Source: a bacterium (GTDB lineage: Bacteria > Actinomycetota > Acidimicrobiia > Acidimicrobiales > CATQHL01). From it: a stretch of 42,364 nt of DNA. Each line of letters begins with the position of its first letter. Within the stretch, counting starts at the first letter, position 1. Below the pieces are notes generated by a model, which made no database searches, had not been told where the DNA came from, and saw nothing but the letters and a program-made list of their open reading frames with translations. A program made the position numbers and the translations under genes. The stretch lies in NCBI GenBank assembly GCA_026713745.1, contig JAPONU010000155.1, positions 1 through 42,364 on the forward strand, read 5' to 3'. Below are positions 38,535 through 42,364 of this stretch, piece after piece.

Positions 38535-40528
38535 TGGTCGTGGTTGGCCGTGAAGGCTCCCCTGCCACCGGTGATGGAGCGCAGATCGATCGCATAGCGC
38601 ACCAACTCCGACTCGGGGACGAGGGCCCGAACGTGCTGCTCCCCGTAGTTGCCGGTGTCGGTCCCCTGCACGATCGCCCGGCGTGAGGAGAGATCGCCGA
38701 TGACGTCGCCGAGGCATTCGCCGGGGACGCGCACGTCGACCTGAGACACCGGTTCCAGAACGACCGGGCGGGCTTGGTTCAAAGCGGCGTTGAATGCCAA
38801 CCGGCCGGCCATCTTGAAGCTCATCTCCGAGGAGTCCACCGAGTGGTACTTGCCGTCGTAGACGGTGGCACGCAGGTCGACGACCGGATACCCGTGCTGG
38901 CCGCCGTTCTCCATGGCCTCGCGGATCCCTGCCTCCACCGCCGAGATGTATTGCCGGGGAATCACCCCACCGGTGATCTCGTCGGAGAACTCGAATCCCG
39001 ATCCCCGCGACAGCGGCTCGATGCGAACGTGGGCGATGCCGAACTGGCCGTGGCCCCCGGTTTGCTTCTTGTGCTTGCCCTCGGCGGCCGCCTTGAGCGT
39101 GATCGTCTCCCGGAACGGGATCCGCAGATCCTCGATGTCCACACCCACGTTGAACTTGCGCTCGATGCGCTTCAGCGCCGTGCGAAGGTGCATGTCCCCC
39201 AGCCCCGAGAGCAGCGTCTGGCGGGTCTCGCGGGGGCGGCTCACGCGCAGCGACGGATCCTCGCCGCAGAGGCGCCGCAGGGCGTTGGAGAGCTTCTCCT
39301 CATCGGCCTTGCTGCGCGGCACCACCGCGAACGACAGCATCGGCTCGGGGGACGGCGGCGGCGCCAACTCCGTCGATCCGTCTCCGAGGGTGTCACCGGT
39401 CAGGGTGTCGGCGAGCTTGGCGACCGCTGCGATGTCGCCGGCGGCCAGTTCGGTGGCAGGCTCGCTGGTCGCCCCGCGGAGGGTCACGAGGGTGCGGACC
39501 CGCTCGTTGTCGCCGGTCCGGGAGTTCACCAGGTTCGTGTCGGCGGCCAGGGTGCCCGTCGCCACCTTGAACACCGAGACGGTGCCGAGGTACGGGTCGA
39601 CGGTCGTCTTGAACACCAGCAACACCGGCGGGGCGTCGGCAGCCAGAGCAACCGGCTCGCCTGCGGTGTCGCGCATGGGGCGCGCCGCCAGCGGCGAGGG
39701 ACCGATGCCGCAGATGTAGTTGCAGAGGCGGTCCACGCCGATCGGCGTGGTGGCGGAACCGCAGATCACCGGGAAGACCGCGGCGTCGGCGACGCCCTGC
39801 CCGAGGGTTTGCTCCAGTTCCTCCGTCGAGGGGACATCGCCTTCCAGGTAGCGCTCCAGGAGGGCGTCGTCGGCCACGACGATGCCCTCGATGAGCGACT
39901 CCCGGACCTCCTCGACGCGATCAGCCATCTCGGTGGGGATGGGGGTCTCGGTGATCGCCGTACCCTCGTAGAGCCAGGCGTCGTCGCTCAGCAGGTCGGC
40001 CACACCGCAGAAGCCCGGGCCCTCGGAAATGGGCAACTCGAGGGGGGCCACACCGCTGTCGAAAGTCTCCTGCAGCTGGGCCAACACCCCATCGAAGGAC
40101 ACGAACTCGCGGTCCAACTTGTTGACGAAGATCAGGCGCGGCTTGCCCGCCTCGGCGGCGCGCCGCCAGGCGCCGGCCACGGCGTGGTCGACTCCCGCGG
40201 TGGCGTCGACGACCATCACCAGCAGGTCGACGACTGCCATCGCTGCCCACTGCTCGCCGGCGAAGTCGAAGGATCCGGGCGTGTCCAGGAGGTTGATCTT
40301 GTGGTCGTTCCACTCGAAGGAGGCAAGCGCCATGACTTGCGAGCTGCCGCCGTCTCGCTCCTCCGGCTCGTGATCACAGACAGTGTTCTGCGCCTCGATG
40401 GCGCCCATGCGGTCCAGCGCGCCGGCTCGGAACAGCATGGCCTCCGCCAGCATGGTCTTGCCTGCGCTGCTTGAACCCACAAGCGCCACGTTGCGGATGC
40501 GTTCGGTCGGGTAGGTCTTCACCGACAC
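38504..40528 (-). CDS. fusA2: elongation factor G-like protein EF-G2
   Basis: Five-domain EF-G layout. G1 is GSSSAGKT, G3 is DTPGSFDF (Ser in place of the catalytic His), G4 is VNKLD. GTG 40522 (third codon) has better SD spacing than 40528. The 3' end overlaps the convergent MFS gene by 31 nt. Confidence 0.92.
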   Translation of the reverse strand: MSVKTYPTERIRNVALVGSSSAGKTMLAEAMLFRAGALDRMGAIEAQNTVCDHEPEERDGGSSQVMALASFEWNDHKINLLDTPGSFDFAGEQWAAMAVVDLLVMVVDATAGVDHAVAGAWRRAAEAGKPRLIFVNKLDREFVSFDGVLAQLQETFDSGVAPLELPISEGPGFCGVADLLSDDAWLYEGTAITETPIPTEMADRVEEVRESLIEGIVVADDALLERYLEGDVPSTEELEQTLGQGVADAAVFPVICGSATTPIGVDRLCNYICGIGPSPLAARPMRDTAGEPVALAADAPPVLLVFKTTVDPYLGTVSVFKVATGTLAADTNLVNSRTGDNERVRTLVTLRGATSEPATELAAGDIAAVAKLADTLTGDTLGDGSTELAPPPSPEPMLSFAVVPRSKADEEKLSNALRRLCGEDPSLRVSRPRETRQTLLSGLGDMHLRTALKRIERKFNVGVDIEDLRIPFRETITLKAAAEGKHKKQTGGHGQFGIAHVRIEPLSRGSGFEFSDEITGGVIPRQYISAVEAGIREAMENGGQHGYPVVDLRATVYDGKYHSVDSSEMSFKMAGRLAFNAALNQARPVVLEPVSQVDVRVPGECLGDVIGDLSSRRAIVQGTDTGNYGEQHVRALVPESELVRYAIDLRSITGGRGAFTANHDHYAVLPGGLG

Positions 40529-40717
40529 CCCTTCGTTCAGTTCGCTTCAGCGTGCCCGTCCGGACCGCCGAGAGTCACCGGCACTCCGGACGATGCAGCG
40601 GAGACTACCGAGGCACTCCACTCCCGGCCAAGCGCACGGACTCTCGCGCATCGTTGCGGCGCTGCGGTGGCGAGTTGGCCGGCCCACCTCCGGGAGCGTC
40701 GGCGTAGGGTTTCACCC

Positions 40718-42085
40718 GTGGCGCACTTCGATTTCGTGATCGTCGGGGCAGGCTCGGGCAACTCGCTGTTGACGCCCGAACTCGAGGGCAGGCAGGTGGC
40801 CATCGTGGAGCGCGGCGAGTTCGGGGGAACCTGCCTGAACAGGGGCTGCATACCCTCCAAGATGCTTGTACACGTGGCCGACGTGGCCGAGACGGCGCGC
40901 CGATCCGGGCGACTGGGGGTGGAGGCACGCGTCGAGGAGGTCCGCTGGCCCGAGATCACCGAGCGGGTCTTCGGGCGCATCGATCCCATCGCGGCGGCCG
41001 GGGAGGACTACCGGCGCGGGTTGCAGGACGTCGTCGTCTACAAGGGTCAGGCCCGCTTCAAGGGTCCACGCCGCCTGGAGGTGAACGGTTCGGAGATCAC
41101 CGGTGACGCCGTGGTGTTGGCGGCAGGGGCGCGGCCCTTCGTCCCGCCGCACCCGGACCTCACGTCGGTGGAGTACCACACCTCCGACGGGATCATGCGT
41201 CTCCCGGAGCCCCCGGAGCGCCTGCTGGTCTGGGGCGGCGGTTACATCGCGGCCGAGATGGCGCACGTCTTCGGCGCGGCGGGCAGCGAGGTGACCATCG
41301 TGAACAGGGGCCCGCGCCTGTTGCGCGCCGAAGATCTCGACGTGAGCGAAGCATTCACCGCCGCCTACCGGCGCCGCTTCAGGGTGCTCACCGATTCGCA
41401 GCCCATCGGCGCCACGAGCATGTCCGGGGGTGGGGTCGCGCTCGATGTGCGCCACTCCTCGGGGACCGAGACGCTGCGAGCCGACGTGTTGCTCGTCGCC
41501 GCCGGGCGGGTGCCCAACGGCGATGAACTCGCCGTGGGCACCGCCGGCGTGGCGCTGGACGACGCCGGGTACGTGGTCGTCGACCGCTACGGCCGCACGA
41601 CCGCCGACGGCGTGTGGGCGCTGGGCGATATCTGCAACCCGAACCAGCTCAAGCACGTAGCGAATGCCGAGGCGCGGGTGATCGCCCACAACCTGGCACA
41701 TCCCGGCGACCTGCGCCCGGTGGCGCTCGGGCCGATCCCCCACGCTGTCTTCGCTTCGCCGCAGGTGGCCTCGGTGGGGTACACCGAACAGGAACTCGCC
41801 GCCTCAGGCCGACCGTACCTCCGCTCGCTGCGACCCTACGGCGACACCGCCTACGGGTGGGCGATGGAAGACACCGGCAGTTTCTGCAAGCTGCTATCGG
41901 ATCCGGTCACCGATCGCCTGCTCGGCGCGCACATCTGCGGGCCCGATGCCGCGGTGCTGTTGCAGCAACTGGTGCAGGCGATGGCCTTCGACCTGAGCGT
42001 CACCCAGATCGCCTCGGGGCAGTTGTACATCCATCCGGCCCTCAGCGAGGTGGTCGAGCAGGCGCTGTTGGGCCTGGGGCAGTGA
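40718..42085 (+). CDS. mtr: mycothione (mycothiol disulfide) reductase
   Basis: FDFVIVGAGSGNS and the redox-active disulfide GGTCLNRGCIPSKM closely follow the Mtr pattern (IIGTGSGNS ... GGTCLNVGCIPTKM). Pyridine nucleotide-disulfide oxidoreductase length. GTG 40718 preferred over track start 40667. Confidence 0.88.
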   Translation: MAHFDFVIVGAGSGNSLLTPELEGRQVAIVERGEFGGTCLNRGCIPSKMLVHVADVAETARRSGRLGVEARVEEVRWPEITERVFGRIDPIAAAGEDYRRGLQDVVVYKGQARFKGPRRLEVNGSEITGDAVVLAAGARPFVPPHPDLTSVEYHTSDGIMRLPEPPERLLVWGGGYIAAEMAHVFGAAGSEVTIVNRGPRLLRAEDLDVSEAFTAAYRRRFRVLTDSQPIGATSMSGGGVALDVRHSSGTETLRADVLLVAAGRVPNGDELAVGTAGVALDDAGYVVVDRYGRTTADGVWALGDICNPNQLKHVANAEARVIAHNLAHPGDLRPVALGPIPHAVFASPQVASVGYTEQELAASGRPYLRSLRPYGDTAYGWAMEDTGSFCKLLSDPVTDRLLGAHICGPDAAVLLQQLVQAMAFDLSVTQIASGQLYIHPALSEVVEQALLGLGQ

Positions 42086-42364
42086 GCGGCACGGCCGGGC
42101 ACCGGGGAGCCGGCGGGGCCGGCGAACTGACCGCGGGCGGCAGCCTGCCGGCGGTCTGGCGGGAGCACGCGGGCCGCCATCCCCAGCGCCACTGCCTCCA
42201 CGACTCCTCGACGGGTTGGATCGGCCGCGGCGAGTTGGCCGAGATGAGCGCCGAGGTGGCCGTGGCCGGCCGGCCCGACGCCGAGTGGGGTGAACTCGTG
42301 GTCGCCCACGTGGTCCCCGAAGCGAACGAGCAGGCGCCCACCGTCGGCGAGTTCCGCAACCACG
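42082..42364 (+). CDS. AMP-binding (acyl-CoA synthetase-like) ORF, partial at window end, apparently lacking the catalytic core
   Basis: GTG overlaps the mtr stop (GTGA). Hand translation: VSGTAGHRGAGGAGELTAGGSLPAVWREHAGRHPQRHCLHDSSTGWIGRGELAEMSAEVAVAGRPDAEWGELVVAHVVPEANEQAPTVGEFRNH.... The C-terminal-type motif GRPDAEWGELVVAHVV appears only ~75 residues from the start. Confidence 0.35.
   Translation, partial: MSGTAGHRGAGGAGELTAGGSLPAVWREHAGRHPQRHCLHDSSTGWIGRGELAEMSAEVAVAGRPDAEWGELVVAHVVPEANEQAPTVGEFRNH

Overview
This is a very GC-rich window with strong G/C bias at third codon positions. It looks like core chromosome of a mycothiol-using Actinobacterium, judged from mycothione reductase, EF-G2, DUF3151, a TrmI resembling Rv2118c and the actinobacterial long transaldolase. 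About 35 genes are packed tightly and many are joined by 4-nt GTGA/ATGA start/stop overlaps.

Recognisable content:
- trmI preceded by three small membrane-protein genes
- LON-domain protein, PBP4-type DD-carboxypeptidase, FIST protein, tkt and tal
- ClC channel with CBS pair, RNase D, MobA, DUF3151, pyruvate kinase, GDPD phosphodiesterase
- AlkA-like glycosylase, alpha/beta hydrolase, DHA2 MFS, gltB and gltD
- trkA plus two tandem trkH paralogues, 5-formyl-THF cyclo-ligase, membrane pyrophosphatase, an orphan J-domain protein
- HADH-like dehydrogenase, a CopC-CopD fusion with a Cys-repeat tail, an EntS-like MFS, EF-G2 and mycothione reductase

I found no CRISPR array, tRNA/rRNA gene, transposase, integrase or recognisable defence genes.

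The one stretch that protein genes do not explain is the 655-bp gap at 15960-16614. It contains:
- an AT-richer segment with iteron-like 12-mers
- a roughly 330-nt purine/GGAGG-rich segment with several GNRA-capped hairpins, all on the + strand
- a 93-nt tandem duplication of a long GCAA-capped hairpin plus T-run, which overlaps the 3' end of the glycosylase gene

I treat this as a candidate undescribed structured RNA or regulatory locus. It is not a demonstrated one.

Other points worth a second look are the Cys-repeat domain on CopCD, the divergent second TrkH, a 54-aa CxxC protein missing from the ORF track, and an apparently internally collapsed AMP-ligase ORF at the right edge.

CDS coordinates follow the supplied ORF track. 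Hairpin and motif coordinates were hand-counted and may be off by 1-2 nt. Near the right end my hand count disagreed with the track by 1 nt.
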